A stretch of DNA of 64,000 nt from Tubulanus polymorphus (Eukaryota; Animalia; Nemertea), in NCBI RefSeq assembly GCF_964204645.1, contig NC_134034.1:6980914-7044913 (forward strand). Reading direction: 5' to 3'. A program made the translations under genes and the position numbers. Every line of letters begins with the position of its first letter. The first letter of the stretch is position 1. Under the pieces are notes generated by a model that searched no databases, was not told where the DNA came from, and saw only the letters and a program-made list of their open reading frames with translations. This document shows, piece after piece, positions 26,201 through 38,964 of this stretch.

Positions 26201-27733
26201 GAAAATATTGAATCGTCACGGGCGATAAAACCAAAATAATGAATTGTCGCGGGCGATAAAACCAAAATTATTGTTTTCTCGCGGGCGACAAAACCAAAAA
26301 AAAAATTGGCGCGGGCGATAGAAACAAAATATAAAACCAAAAAAATGAATTGTCGTGGGCGATAAAACCAAAATATTGAATATTCGCGGGCGATAAAACC
26401 AAAATAATGAATTGTCGCGGGCGATAAAACCAAACTAATGAATTGTCGCGGGCGATAAAACCAAAATAATGAATCGTCTCGGGCGACAAAAACAAAATAT
26501 TGAATCGTCGCGGGCGACAAAATCAAAATAATGAATTGTCGCTGGAGATAAAACCAAAGCAATGAATTGTCGAGGGCGATAAAACCAAAATAATGAATTG
26601 TCGCGGGCGACAAAACAAAATATTGAATCGTCGTGAGCGACAAAATCAAAATAATGAATCGTCGCGGGCGACAAAACCAAAATAATGAATTGTCGCGGGC
26701 GATAAAACCAAAATAATGAATGGTCTCGGGCGACAAAACCAAAATAATGAATTGTCGCGGGCGATAAAAAGAAAATATTGAATCGTCACGGGCGATAAAA
26801 CCAAAATAATGAATTGTCGCGGGCGATAAAACCAAAATTATTGTTTTCTCGCGGGCGACAAAACCAAAAAAAAAATTGGCGCGGGCGATAGAAACAAAAT
26901 ATAAAACCAAAAAAATGAATTGTCGTGGGCGATAAAACCAAAATATTGAATATTCGCGGGCGATAAAACCAAAATAATGAATTGTCGCGGGCGATAAAAC
27001 CAAACTAATGAATTGTCGCGGGCGATAAAACCAAAATAATGAATCGTCTCGGGCGACAAAAACAAAATATTGAATCGTCGCGGGCGACAAAATCAAAATA
27101 ATGAATTGTCGCGGGCGATAAAACCAAAATAATGAATCGTCTCGGGCGACAAAAACAAAATATTGAATCGTCGCGGGCGACAAAATCAAAATAATGAATT
27201 GTCGCGGGCGATAAAACCAAAATAATGAATGGTCTCGGGTGACAAAACCAGAATAATGAATTGTCGCGGGCGATAAAAACAAAATAATGAATGGTCTCAG
27301 GTGACAAAACCAGAATAATGAATTGTCGCGGGCAACAAAACCAAAATAATGAATTGTCGCGGGCGATAAAACCAAAATAATGAATGGTCTCGGGTGACAA
27401 AACCAGAATAATGAATTGTCGCGGGCGATAAAAACAAAATATTGAATTGTCGCGGGCGATAAAACCAAAATAATGAATTGTCGCGGGCGACAAAACCAAA
27501 ATGGTTAATTGTCACGGGCGACAAAACCAAAAAGGTGAATTGTCGCGGGCGAAAAAACCAAAATGGTGAATTGTTGCGGGTGACAAAACCAAAATAATGA
27601 ATTGTCGCGGGCGATAAACCGTAATAATGAATTGTCGCGGGCGATTAAACCAAAATAATGAATTGTCTCAGGCGACAAAACCAAAATAATGAATAATCGC
27701 GGGCGATAAAACCAAAATATTGAATTGTCGCGG
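23208..27733. repeat. 31-bp tandem satellite (~145 units) with higher-order duplications
   Basis: Consensus AAAACCAAAATAATGAATTGTCGCGGGCGA(T/C); variant blocks recur at 850-bp and 570-bp offsets. Confidence 0.97.
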
Positions 27734-28519
27734 AATGATGCAATCGTGAGTTGAAATAACACCTGAAAAAATCGATGCACAGACATTTACTTTATATATC
27801 TACTTGAACAATCGAGCCTACTCAGTAATATACTCAGTTTTTACGAAACCTGGAGTTTTTTGTTTCAGAGAAATTTGAGTATCAGTATCCGATGCTATAT
27901 ACTAACGTTAACGTTAGTTATCCTCGCTCCGTCATGCTAAGTTATACATTTCATGTCAACCAGTATCTACAGGCAGCTGTACAGTGTGTACACACTATAT
28001 CTGAATACGAGGCTGGAATAACAGGCTCACTTCACGTAGGTTCATGATGAGGAGAAACTCGCAGCTGATCCCCGGAACGACGATGTAGTAACACACGTCG
28101 ATTCGTCGTGTTTACGGCTCGACAGTGCTTTAAAAATCTAAAGTAGTAAATTTCCTCTATATCGGTAATACGATTTGATGAGGAAAATGGGCTATTGTTA
28201 AAATTAGTTTTTAAAAACCGCGACAGAATGTGCAATCTTTGGGTAATAAATTTGTTAATTTATGCTTGAATTGATAATTGATGTGACAGAAAACGTGCGG
28301 TAGATTTCGGAAAGAGGACTTAGAAAAACATGTCGGCTCTTTGAATGGGGCTCAATTTTCGATGTTTACGGCCCGACAGTGCTTTTGTAACGATGATTCT
28401 TCAAAATACGCACGGGTTATTTGTAGATCGAAGTGAGCTGAATGATATCAGACGGATTGTATCGACAACAGCGTCAAGGTAACAAAGCCTTTGTTCTTTT
28501 AGTAAAAATAGTGTGGAAG

Positions 28520-28699
28520 AAAATAATAATAATAATAATCACGCGGATATCAATAGGGTTTTCTGTGAAATAACAGAAAACCCTAATAAGAAACACGCGA
28601 ATCTCAATAGGGTTTTCTGTGATGTAACAGAAAACCCTAATAAGAAGAAACACGCGAATCTCAATAAGGTTTTCTGTGATGTAACAGAAAACCCTAATT
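28520..28699. repeat. Three tandem ~55-bp hairpin units (HINE-type end) abutting Polinton copy A
   Basis: cacgcg...caatagggttttctgtga-(a/t)-(a/g)taacagaaaaccctaat x3 after (AAT)n. Confidence 0.75.
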
Positions 28700-28967
28700 A
28701 CACATATTAAAAATATTGCATTTTCTAATGAAACAACATTTGATTTTGAAAAAACAATAAATAGAAACTTTTAATGTAGAAAAGATTACTGATTTAATTA
28801 GGGAGTCATTAACATTTTATGAATTAGATGAAGATTTCATTATTGATGATATTAAACAAATAATAACTGAAATATATAAAAATGAAACTAATAATATTAT
28901 GAATGTTGAAATAATTATAACTAAGTTAACTCAATATTTTGAAGATAGTAATTTTTTCTATTAATAA

Positions 28968-29189
28968 ATGAGTGATAATAAGTGGATAATAATTGGATTA
29001 TATAATGGTGCTTTACTATCAGTTGGAACTGTTGGTTATTCAATGATATTAAAAATAGTATTTAAAATGGGAAGTGTTAATGTTGATAGATTTGATGTCA
29101 ATGATATTTTAAAATTAACGTTAGCAGTTACGTTATCTAATTTAACTATTGATTATTTGGAAAAACAAAAATATATTCCTCCTATATAA
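28968..29189 (+). CDS. 73-aa small membrane protein (copy A homolog of 57213-57434)
   Basis: Nearly identical to 57213-57434; starts at TAAATG. Confidence 0.75.
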   Translation: MSDNKWIIIGLYNGALLSVGTVGYSMILKIVFKMGSVNVDRFDVNDILKLTLAVTLSNLTIDYLEKQKYIPPI

Positions 29190-29212
29190 ATGCATAACTT
29201 TTTTGTAAAATA

Positions 29213-30690
29213 ATGGCATCTGCAATAATAACTATTATAGGATCGGCAATTACAGGTGGTGGTTATTTATTTAAACATATTGATAAAAATGGTTGATTAT
29301 CGGAACAAAAAAAACACAACTTATGGTTAGAAAAAAAATAAAGCAGTAGAAGAATATAGAGAAAAGAGGCAAAACTATATGGATTACATCAATAAAGAAT
29401 TACATAATCAGAAAATTACACATAGAGATTTTCAGTCAGTCGACGAAGCTAACGCAATAGATTTTAATAAAAATATTACATATAAAAATTTAGTTTTAAA
29501 TTCATTAACTAACTTTATGTTACTGAAACATAGTTTTTTATTTCTAAAATGGAAAATATATTTAATACATATGAAGTTACTTTTACTCGAGATGAATATC
29601 ATATATATTAAGTAAAATCTAATATGAAATATTGGCAGAGTCAATTAAATTTTGCGGTTTATTGTGCAACAACTGGCTATGGTATAATTTGGAATAATCA
29701 TTTAAATAACTTAGATGAAAATTGGAATTATTCTGATTAAAAATTAATTCACACAATATTTAGATTTCACACGTATTTTCAAATCAGAATAATATTAAAT
29801 GAATTAGAATGTCCTATGCCCGGATCTAAATATTTTAAAGAATTGGATAATAATATTAATCTATCTAAGTTTTATAAAATATGTAATGAATTTAATATAA
29901 ATATTAATTCCGATTTAGAGCGCTTGGTAAATTGCAAGGTATTTGTGAACAGTATGAAATAAAAAAGATTTGATTATATGCATAGAATTGGAGCTTATCA
30001 TAATTATAAAATTGATAATAATAATGGTTGGATTAATTTTATTTTAGAAAATAGTGAAGGTTTTTACAAAATCAGGTATACAAAGAATAAATCAATCTAT
30101 AAGAATATATTTAATTTGTATATTAGGCGCGCAAGTTGAAACAAGATCACCAATAGTTGGGAATGATAATACTTCATTTGATACACAAAAACAATTTAAA
30201 GTTTTTTTTGAAGATTCAATTCATAGTGATAAAAATAGATCGATTCGAGAAAACATTGTAAGATATCAAAATTTTTTAGATAAATCTCATGTAAGACTAA
30301 ATTATTTCATGGGTCCTAATTTATTGATTATTTCTGATGATTTAATATTAAAAATGGGAAATATAATTGGTTATAATAATTTGATTAAAACTGCAACAAT
30401 AAATAATTCATTTGGATTAAATGACATAAATAAAAAGATTATTACTGCTCCAAAATAAATGGAAGGTAAAAAAATTTGAAAAACTTATTCAATCAACAGA
30501 AACTAAAACTAAGAATATTGAATTAAATAACGATTCTAAAATAAAAGATTACAATACATCGGAAAATATAAAAACTGATAATATTCAACATGAAATAATT
30601 AAAAGCAATATTGATAATAAATCACATGAAAATACTAAATTAGCTATTACTTGTATAGGAATTGTAATAGGAGGAATATTTTATTTTTAA
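29213..30690 (+). pseudogene. Remnants of the 140-aa and 433-aa membrane-protein genes, joined by a ~0.7-kb deletion
   Basis: MASAIITIIGSAI...SVDEA joins directly to AIDFNKNI at ~29452; the 144-aa gene is missing; multiple frameshifts. Confidence 0.85.
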
Positions 30691-30712
30691 TTTAAATTTT
30701 TTTATTATATAA

Positions 30713-32146
30713 ATGGATGTAGAAGGTGGAAAAGATTATGAAATGGGTACTTACGACGAACCCGGCATAACTGAAGAACAACCGCCGGTATTTGATGAAA
30801 CAAGTTTTAATGGCGATAATGAAACAGCATATAATTCTAATTTAGCAAGACCTGATACTAATGAATATGTTAATAAAGCACGTTCAAGAGTGGACATTGA
30901 AAATGAAAATCCAGATTCAATTTAAAAAAATAGAATTAGAATATGAAGAATTAACTGATAAATTTAAACAAATTTTTTAAAAAAACTGGACTCATATAAC
31001 TAATAAAGGTGTGAATTATTAAGTAAGATTTGAAATATTTAAATGGTGATTATTATTGGCATTTAAAAGATGACTATAGTCTCGATAAAATAATAAAAAA
31101 TAATAAATAATAATAAAAAAACCAACTTTAATTAGATTAGAACAATCTAGAATTAAGAAAATCAATAATGATGTTATAACTGATGTTACAGAACGAGAGA
31201 TAAATCAAAATAGAAGAGAATTTAATCGAAGAAATGATGATTTTTTGAAGATAATTAATGAAAATCTAGAACCAGAAGCAATTCCTAAAGAAGTTATTAA
31301 TTCCAAAACTGGTAAACTTAAATCAACCGAAGTTCAAACTGAAAAACTTTTACAAAATGGGTTACTTGATGCAACAGATCAAGAATTAGAAGATTTAAAT
31401 ATATTTTCTGATAAAGCAATTAGAGAAATTATTAGTATAAGAAATGAAGCTGATAAATTTGCGCACAAAAAAGTATAAGAGATTTTAAAGTTAGAACTGT
31501 TAAAGATAGAAAAAGATAGAACTGTTAAAATTAAAGAAATAGAACAATTAAAAATAGATAGAGATAATAAAGTTATTGAAGAAATTGAATTTAAAGAAAG
31601 AAATGCATATTTAGAAAAAGAAAAGATGGTTTAGAATAAAACATAGAATTTCAGAAAGAAGAAATTAAATTATTAAAAAATCATATGATTATAATACTAA
31701 TAGATTAAGTTATTTTTAAAGATTTGTTGATAAAACCAAATTCTGAAATATCATTAAAAGATAGAATAAAATTATTATTTAAGTTAGAAGGTATAACAAT
31801 TCTTTCAATTCTAACAGCTGTAATTATGTTATTTACAACAATTGGTTTAGTTATTTCAAATTCATTAAAATCTACGCCTACACCCAATAAACTGGATAAA
31901 CCACCAAATAATAATTCTATACAAGCTAAAGTGAAAGATGGTTTAAAAAAATTAGCAAAATATTTATGGGAACTATCTAAAAAATCTGCTGCAGCTTTAC
32001 CCGATATCATTGCATCAATTGTTGGTTTTGTTTTAAAATCTGCTGGGAATATTCTTAACTTTGATGCTGAACATATTATTTTATTTTTAATTAGAGTTGT
32101 AAGTGCTATTATTTTTGGGTTAGTGAATATGATAAAAAATAAATAA
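30713..32146 (+). pseudogene. Acidic/coiled-coil membrane-protein gene remnant (homolog of 53267-54976)
   Basis: Starts MDVEGGKDYEMG; C-terminal LIKPNSEISLKDRIKLLFKLEG...IIFGLVNMIKNK is nearly identical to copy C; middle disrupted and divergent. Confidence 0.82.
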
Positions 32147-32166
32147 TTAATTTTTTTGTTAAATAA

Positions 32167-35100
32167 ATGAGTGGGAGTTATATAAATCCTTCTAAGAATT
32201 CTAGAATATCTAATGCTATTAAAGCAGAGAGATCTCATCATATAATTACTCATAATCCTTCAAATATTAATCCTGATGAAACTTTATATGTTAGAATCCC
32301 GAGATTAAATCAAAATCAACTTTTTATGTTCCAAATAGTATTTATTTATCAGCTGATATAAAAGTAACTGGCCATGATAATAATTATGTTGTTGATAATG
32401 TTGGGAGATATTTGATTAAAAAATTAACTATAAAGATTGGACCAGAAACAGTTTTTTCATTAGATGATTATAATTTATTTATGCATTATAAAGATTTATG
32501 GTTAACAAAAGAAAATAGAAATAATATGATATTTTAAGGCATCCAATCAGAAAACCATAATAAATTAAGATCAGAAGCTAATAATGCAATAATAACTCAT
32601 GCTACAGATAATTTGATAAAAAGGATATATGGAAGCAAATATAAAATTCCATTAGACTTTGAATTGATAAATAATAATGCACCTTTATAAAAATACGCAA
32701 TTCAAGAAGATATTATATTCGAGATAACATTTGCTCCTGTTAATGAAATTGTGCTATCTAGCGTTGTTCAAGATATGCCATATAGGCCCTCATTTTAGTG
32801 ATCTGCTTCAGAAGTCCGTATCCACAGCTGACGAATATGTTCTGTTGTTTGACGAATCACTAAATAAAGTCACACAAACAAAGCAAATGGATATATGGAT
32901 TCGTTACTGGAATCGAGGTGTAATTGATACACGTTTTTATGGAGCTCAATTTCTTGGGCATGGTGATGCGAACAGATTATTAAAAGAATTCAAAACAATC
33001 ATCAACAAACTTGACATGAAGAAAATGTTACAAATTTCAATGGATGGACCGAAAGTTAATTTGAAATTTGAAAGAGACATGGCAGCTGAACTTAAAAGGG
33101 AACATTCGAACCATCTACTTAATATCGGAACTTGCGGTTTGCATATTGTGCATGGGGCAGTTGGTACTGCATTTTCGGCAATTGACTATGACCTTCGTTC
33201 AGTGTTATCCGCTGTGTATAACCTGTTCAAGGATTCTCCGGCCCGACGAGAAGACTACATTTCTGTAACTGGCTGTGATGTTTTTCCATTACGCCTCTGT
33301 AAACATCGCTGGTAAGAGAACGTTCCTGTTGCTCGCAGAGCGATATTACTGTGGTCAAACATTCAAAAGTACATTAAAGCAGTAAACAAAAAGACTGTGA
33401 CAAAACCCACTTGTAATTCAAACGAAACTGTCGTGAAAGCAAGCAAAGAAGCACTAACAATACCTCTGCTGCAGTTTTTCCTATCAGTGTGTGAGGACAT
33501 TCATCCATTCTTGGTTAGATATCAAACTGACTCTCCTATGTTACCGTTTCTGTCGGAAGATCTCTCATCAATTCTACAAGGGCTAATGTTACGATTTGTT
33601 GATCCCGAAGTTATGCGGTCTGCTGTTACTACGCAACTAAAGTGGCAATAAAAGATGCTAAACTGAGTGATGTACAACGACTGAGTTTCTTCAATGATTG
33701 TCAAACTATTCTAGTGAGACTTACAAAAAAATTGATTGACAAGGCTCCATGTAAATATACTGTCGTTAGAAATGCCAGCTGTCTAGATCCAGTCAAAATG
33801 GCAACTGATCGTACCAGTTCCGTACATAAAATGAAGAATTTAGCTAAGGTAATTATTCAGTTATAAGAATTAGGAAAGAATTCCTGTGTATGCATACATT
33901 ATTAAGGATGACCTATGAATTGCACCTTTCTATTTTTCAGTCGTTTTCCGATTCAGAAAAACTATCATTAACAGATGTTGATGTAGCTGTACGTTAATAT
34001 ACAGACTTTTTAGATGGGCATGTTCTAATGAACCTCTCTGACTTCAAACTATATGACAGAGAAAAGTCACCATCCTTGGATGAATTCTTCTATCGGCGGT
34101 TGGCAAATGAGCCTAAGTACAAACTGTTGTGGAAAGTTGTTAGGATTGTGCTTGTACTGTCTCATGGGCAAGCTGCAGTAGAGCGAGGCTTCTCTGTCAA
34201 TAAGGAGGTGAGTTGATAAAAAGATACCATGAGATATTATTCTAAATTATACTTATTACGCTTAGCTAACCATGTAATCGACATACATTTTGTATTTCAG
34301 GTTAACAGAAATAATTTAAGCCACACAACCCTTGTCAACGAACGGATTATTTGTGATCATGTGAGAAAGCTCGGAGGAATCCAAAATGTAATCGTCACAA
34401 AAGAACTATTGGCATTGTGCAAAGGAGCCAGACAGAAATACCAGAAGTATTTAGATGAAAATCGTGCGAAAGAAAAACAATCTGTTGCGTCATTGAAACG
34501 ACAAAGACTTGAAGATGAGTTAGTCGAATTCGCATCGAAAAAGAGACACCTCGAAACGGACATTATGTCATTGAATTCAACTTCAGTGACACTCGCAGAC
34601 CAAGCTGAGGAGAAAGGAGCGCTTTCCCTTCTTACGCTTACGCCTGTTGTGGAAGAAGAAATTAAAAATCTAAAGAACACAATTTCACAGATTTGTGCAT
34701 AGACATTCTAATCGTGAGGAATATCATTGTTACTTTTGTGTATCGGAACACAGTGCGGAAAAAATATGGGTTTTGTTAATACATATGGTTATATGCTTTT
34801 GATTTTTGTTGTTAGTTTCAGTAGGAAAAAAGTGTCGATAATTATAATTGGCCCCTAAAATTTAGGTTAACATCTCCAAAAAACCCCTAAAAAACCCTAA
34901 AATTCTGGAAAGACCAATCTGTAGGAACCATGTATGGGATATAAATTATCGAATATATGTTTAGAATATGATTCAGTAACTGATGAAAATATTTCAAGCA
35001 TAATTCAAACTCAATACAATCAAGGATTTTCATTATTATATGATTATATTGATAAATTTAGAACTGTAACTATTAATGCAAGTGATGAAATAATTAATGA

Positions 35101-35574
35101 GAATATCAACTTCCCAAGAAGATCTATTAAAGGTATATTAATATTTTTACCATTGCAACATATTCTAATGGTGCAATAAATGTTGATAATCATTATAATC
35201 CTGAAATATCAAAGGTAGAAATAACTATTGAAGGTATAGCAAATAAAATATTTGGTAAAGGAATGAGAATGATAGATCAGTGGCCAGAAATAAGAAAACA
35301 TTTTATGAATGAAAAAGTAAAATCATCTGAAAATTGTAATATCAATCAAATTGATTATTATACCGGCAATAAGTATGCACTATGGTTAGATTTTAGAACA
35401 AAAGAGGATAATTCATTACATGGTTCTGGGAAAAAATTACAAAATTCAAAAGATGGAATACAATTATTCATGAAAAAGAAAAAAGGAATCAAAAATTTCA
35501 AAATGCACATTTATATTATATCTGACGCGCAATTAAATATTGTAAATTATCAATTAGATAGTATTCAATATTAG
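32167..35574 (+). pseudogene. Major capsid protein gene of copy A, split by a hAT insertion
   Basis: MSGSYINPSKN... to ...SSVVQDM at 32777; resumes MGYKLSNICLEYD at 34934 and runs to ..QLDSIQY; frameshifts and stops. Confidence 0.9.
32778..34932 (+). mobile_element. 5'-deleted hAT (hAT5-like) transposon with a spliced, inactivated transposase
   Basis: Motifs FDESLN..QMD, ISMDGPKVN, GTCGLH, DSPARREDY, KHRW*EN, SHGQAAVERGFS; introns 33849-33940 and 34208-34300; right TIR CTGTAGGAACCATG matches the 9722-10626 TIR at 12/14; TATG duplicated at both junctions. Confidence 0.85.
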
Positions 35575-35604
35575 AAATATAAAGTTAAAATTAACGATAT
35601 ATAA

Positions 35605-36748
35605 ATGGGGGATAAAAAACTCGAAATACTAAAGAACAATATCTAAGAAATTTATATTATAATCCTGAGAGTTCGGTTGTTTATTCTTCTGTAAAAACAT
35701 ATGGTCAAGAGTCAAAACAGTCAAGTAAAAGAAGATAAATTATATAAGATAATCCCAAATTAAATTTAGTTAAATATAAAGATATAAATGAATTTATGTT
35801 AGAACAACCAATATATGCAACACATAAAAAAATTGTTAGAAAATATAAAACTCATAAAACTATGGTAAGTTATGTAGATCAACAGTGGCAAGGAGATTTG
35901 ATTGATATGAAAAATCTTAAAAAAGATAATGATGATTATCGGTGGATATTGAATATAATTGATGTTTTTAGTCGTTATGTATGGAGCTTCCCACTTTACA
36001 GAAAAGATGCTGTACAAACATCAAATGTTTTAAGAAAAATTTCTTTCAGGTGGTAAAATAAAGCCAGAAAAAATACAATTTGATGATGGAAAAGAATTTG
36101 ATAATTCATCTGTTCATGAACTCTTAGATTATCATAATATTAAATATTTTTCAACAAAATCGGATAAAAAAGCAGCAGTTGTTGAACGATTTAATAGAAC
36201 ATTAAGAACAAGAATGTGGAAATATTTTACAGCAAATAATACTTTTAAATGGATTGATGTTTTACCAAAATTGATAGAAGGTTATAATAATTCTTATCAT
36301 TCTTCTATTGGAATGAAACCTATTGATGCTAGAAAACCTGAAAATGCTGAAATTGTTTGGAATAATTTTTATGGGGCATTTCTTGTAGATGATTTTGGTG
36401 AACCTTAATTTAAAGTTGGTCAAAATGTAAGAATTTCTAAGTATAAAAAGATATTTGACAAAGGATACGTTCGTAATTTTACTAGAGAAATATATAAAAT
36501 AAAAAAGGTAATAACAACAAAACCATATGTCTATAATTTAGAAGATTTAGATGGTGAAGTAGTCGATGGGTATTTTTATGAAGAAGAATTAAGTTTAACT
36601 ACTGAAAATCTAGAACAAGAATATAAAATTTAAAAAGTATAAAAAACAAAAACTGTTAATAGAAAGAAATATTCTTTAGTAAAATGGGTTGGATGACCAG
36701 ATAAATTCAATGAATGGATATCATCGAGGAAAATTTTAAAATGTATAA
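35605..36748 (+). pseudogene. RVE integrase with chromodomain, copy A
   Basis: QQWQGDLIDM, IIDVFSRY, KIQFDDGKEF, VVERFNRTL; frameshifted. Confidence 0.88.
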
Positions 36749-37350
36749 ATGAATAAGGAATTATTTATATTTGAGCCTCATAATATGTTAATTTCTGGTG
36801 TAACAAATTGTGGAAAAACTTATTTTATATTAAATTTATTAGAAACTATTTATAAAAACTATTTTGATAATATAGTATTATTTTGTCCAACGTATGAATT
36901 TAATCAAACTTATGATAGAAATATAACTAGAAATACTTAATTTATTGTATTAAATCCTAAAACAGAAAATTTAGATAATTGTATTAAAATAGCAATTGAT
37001 ATTTATAAAGGATCAAATACATTATTCATTATAGATGATTGTGCAAATTTACATGATTCAAAAATTAGAGAAAGTGAATTATGTTATTTAGCTTTCTCTG
37101 GAAGACATTTTGGGATAACAACATGGGTTTTAAATCAAAAATATAATTCAATTGTTAAAGATTTTAGAGAAAACATTAGATTTTTAGTATTATTCTACAA
37201 TAAAGATAGAAAATCGATGAAAAATGCACTTGAGGAAAATGATATAATTCCACATGATTTACATAATGAATATATGAATAAATTCATAAAAGATCAAAAT
37301 TACTATTTCGATTACAACACCCATTTAAATATGAATTTATTTATATTCAA
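36749..37350 (+). pseudogene. Packaging ATPase, copy A
   Basis: GVTNCGKT Walker A and FIIDDCA Walker B; frameshifted. Confidence 0.88.
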
Positions 37351-37640
37351 CTAGCTTGTTTATCTAGTATATTTTTAGTTAAATTCTAGTTAGATTTTAG
37401 TTATTGGTAGTTGAAACAAAAACAACAATATTTTAACTAGCTTGTTAATCTAGTATATTACTAGTTTCTAATTTCTAGTATAGTTACTTTCTAGTTGAAT
37501 TCTAGTTATTGGTAGTTGAAACAAAAATCAAATAAAAATCAACAAAAAATAAATAAAAACAACAATATTTCAACTAGCTTGTTAATCCAGTATATTTTTA
37601 GTTACATTCTAGTTAAATTCTAGTTGCAACAACAACTAAT
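37345..37640. repeat. Degenerate CTAG-rich repeats downstream of the ATPase in copy A
   Basis: aactagcttgtt..t(c)tagtatatt..tagtt x3 and tagttattggtagttgaaacaaaaa x2. Confidence 0.65.
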
Positions 37641-37711
37641 TTGTTGCTTATATAACTGGGAGGTGAAAATAAAATAAAATTTAAAATAGTGATGTTCCAA
37701 TTGAAAAAACT

Positions 37712-38548
37712 TTGGATGATTTAGGTATAACAGAAACAAAATTTGCGTCAGATAATAATGATGCTTTAAATAATATTACTACAAACAATAATTATGAATA
37801 TTTTCTTTATCGCAAACATCAATTAGAAATATTAATAGCATCTGGGAAATGTAAAAGTTTTATTAGTAAAAATTTAACTTATAATGAATTAGATACAATG
37901 AAATCAGATGAAATTATTAAATTATTTAAGATTTATGAAACTGCGAGAATAGCTAGAATTAATGATGCGATATCAGAAAATGTAGTAAAAGGTTATAGTA
38001 AATTAGGTAATTATGTGCTGCCAATTCAAGATAAAAATAGATTATATTCCGATTTAAAAAATGATTATTTAGTTATGACTGAATTAAATAAATGGATTGG
38101 ATATTTATCATTTCAATTAGGTGGATTTATGACACTATTATCAACTGGAGTTATAACATTTTCAAATATTGAAAGTAAAAATATTTCTATAATAAATGAA
38201 CAAGGTGGAAGAAGTGAAGAAAAACCGAGATCACAGAAACAAATTGAATGGTCTCGGCAATTAGGAATTAAATCACAAGAATATAAAAAAGCTGTAAAAG
38301 AAAAAATAAGTAATAAAAATGTTAATAAAAATAGTGAAAATATTGTTATTTCTACTCCTTCTAATGATAGAATATTGGATAAATGTCTATATTTTACAGT
38401 TGGATTTGTAATTGTATTCATTTTGATCGGGTGTAATTGGTATAAGAAATCAAATAAAATTCATGATATTAATAATTCTGAAACAACTGCTATTAAAAAT
38501 GAAAATACTTCTGAAATTCCAAAATTTATAATAAAAAAAATGGATTAA
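37712..38548 (+). pseudogene. Homologs of the 200-aa gene and the downstream TM gene, fused in frame
   Basis: N-part matches 47001-47603; the C-part (RSQKQIEWSRQLG...TM...KKMD) matches 47596-47989. An out-of-frame internal TAAATG at ~38193 suggests fusion by a 1-nt indel. Confidence 0.7.
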
Positions 38549-38964
38549 TATTTTAGAAAAAAAGCAAAAAAAATAATTTTTTTAATTAATTGAATATCTC
38601 ACTACTTTTGTCTATCACTGTGTGGGTGCTGTTTATGGCACCATCTATGCGGAGCAATTAAATTGTCCAGATAAGTCATTTCGGATTCTAGATATTCATT
38701 ATTTTTATTAATTTATTTTTTTAAATTTAATCAACAATTTCTAAATCATGATGTCCATCTTCATTTTTTCCATGATAGATTATTTTAAATCCTTCTTAAT
38801 CTTTTAATTCCTCTGTACTCAATGAAACCCATTTATCAGGTAAAAATGCTTTAAATTCTCGCGATGTACTAACATTGCAGTAGCTTAAATTAGCTGATAC
38901 TTTCTCTCCATATTTAGTTTTTATCATTAGTTTTTTAATTCATTATAAGTTAAATTTTATATTT

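Larger units (their letters stand above)
28697..38548 (+). mobile_element. Polinton/Maverick-like endogenous virus, decayed copy A
   Basis: Collinear remnants of copy-C genes (113/118-aa, 73-aa, 140-aa, 433-aa, coiled-coil TM protein, MCP), followed by integrase, ATPase and the 200-aa/TM genes; many stops, frameshifts and deletions. Confidence 0.92.

Noticed and set aside
21713-27733. CRISPR-like appearance (palindromic ~30-bp repeats)
   Set aside because: Units are head-to-tail with no unique spacers, there are no cas genes, and the context is eukaryotic.
23140-27786. Many long minus-strand ORFs (up to 534 aa)
   Set aside because: Translations of the 31-bp satellite; the same peptide appears in all three frames.
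31705-32253. Antisense ORFs over Polinton genes (also 53262-53729, 53922-54821, 38113-38421, 56393-56599)
   Set aside because: Shadow frames of real genes on the opposite strand; no TAAATG start or recognisable motif.
32731-33315. 194-aa ORF as a novel capsid-transposase fusion
   Set aside because: The start lies out of frame in MCP DNA and crosses the insertion junction by chance.
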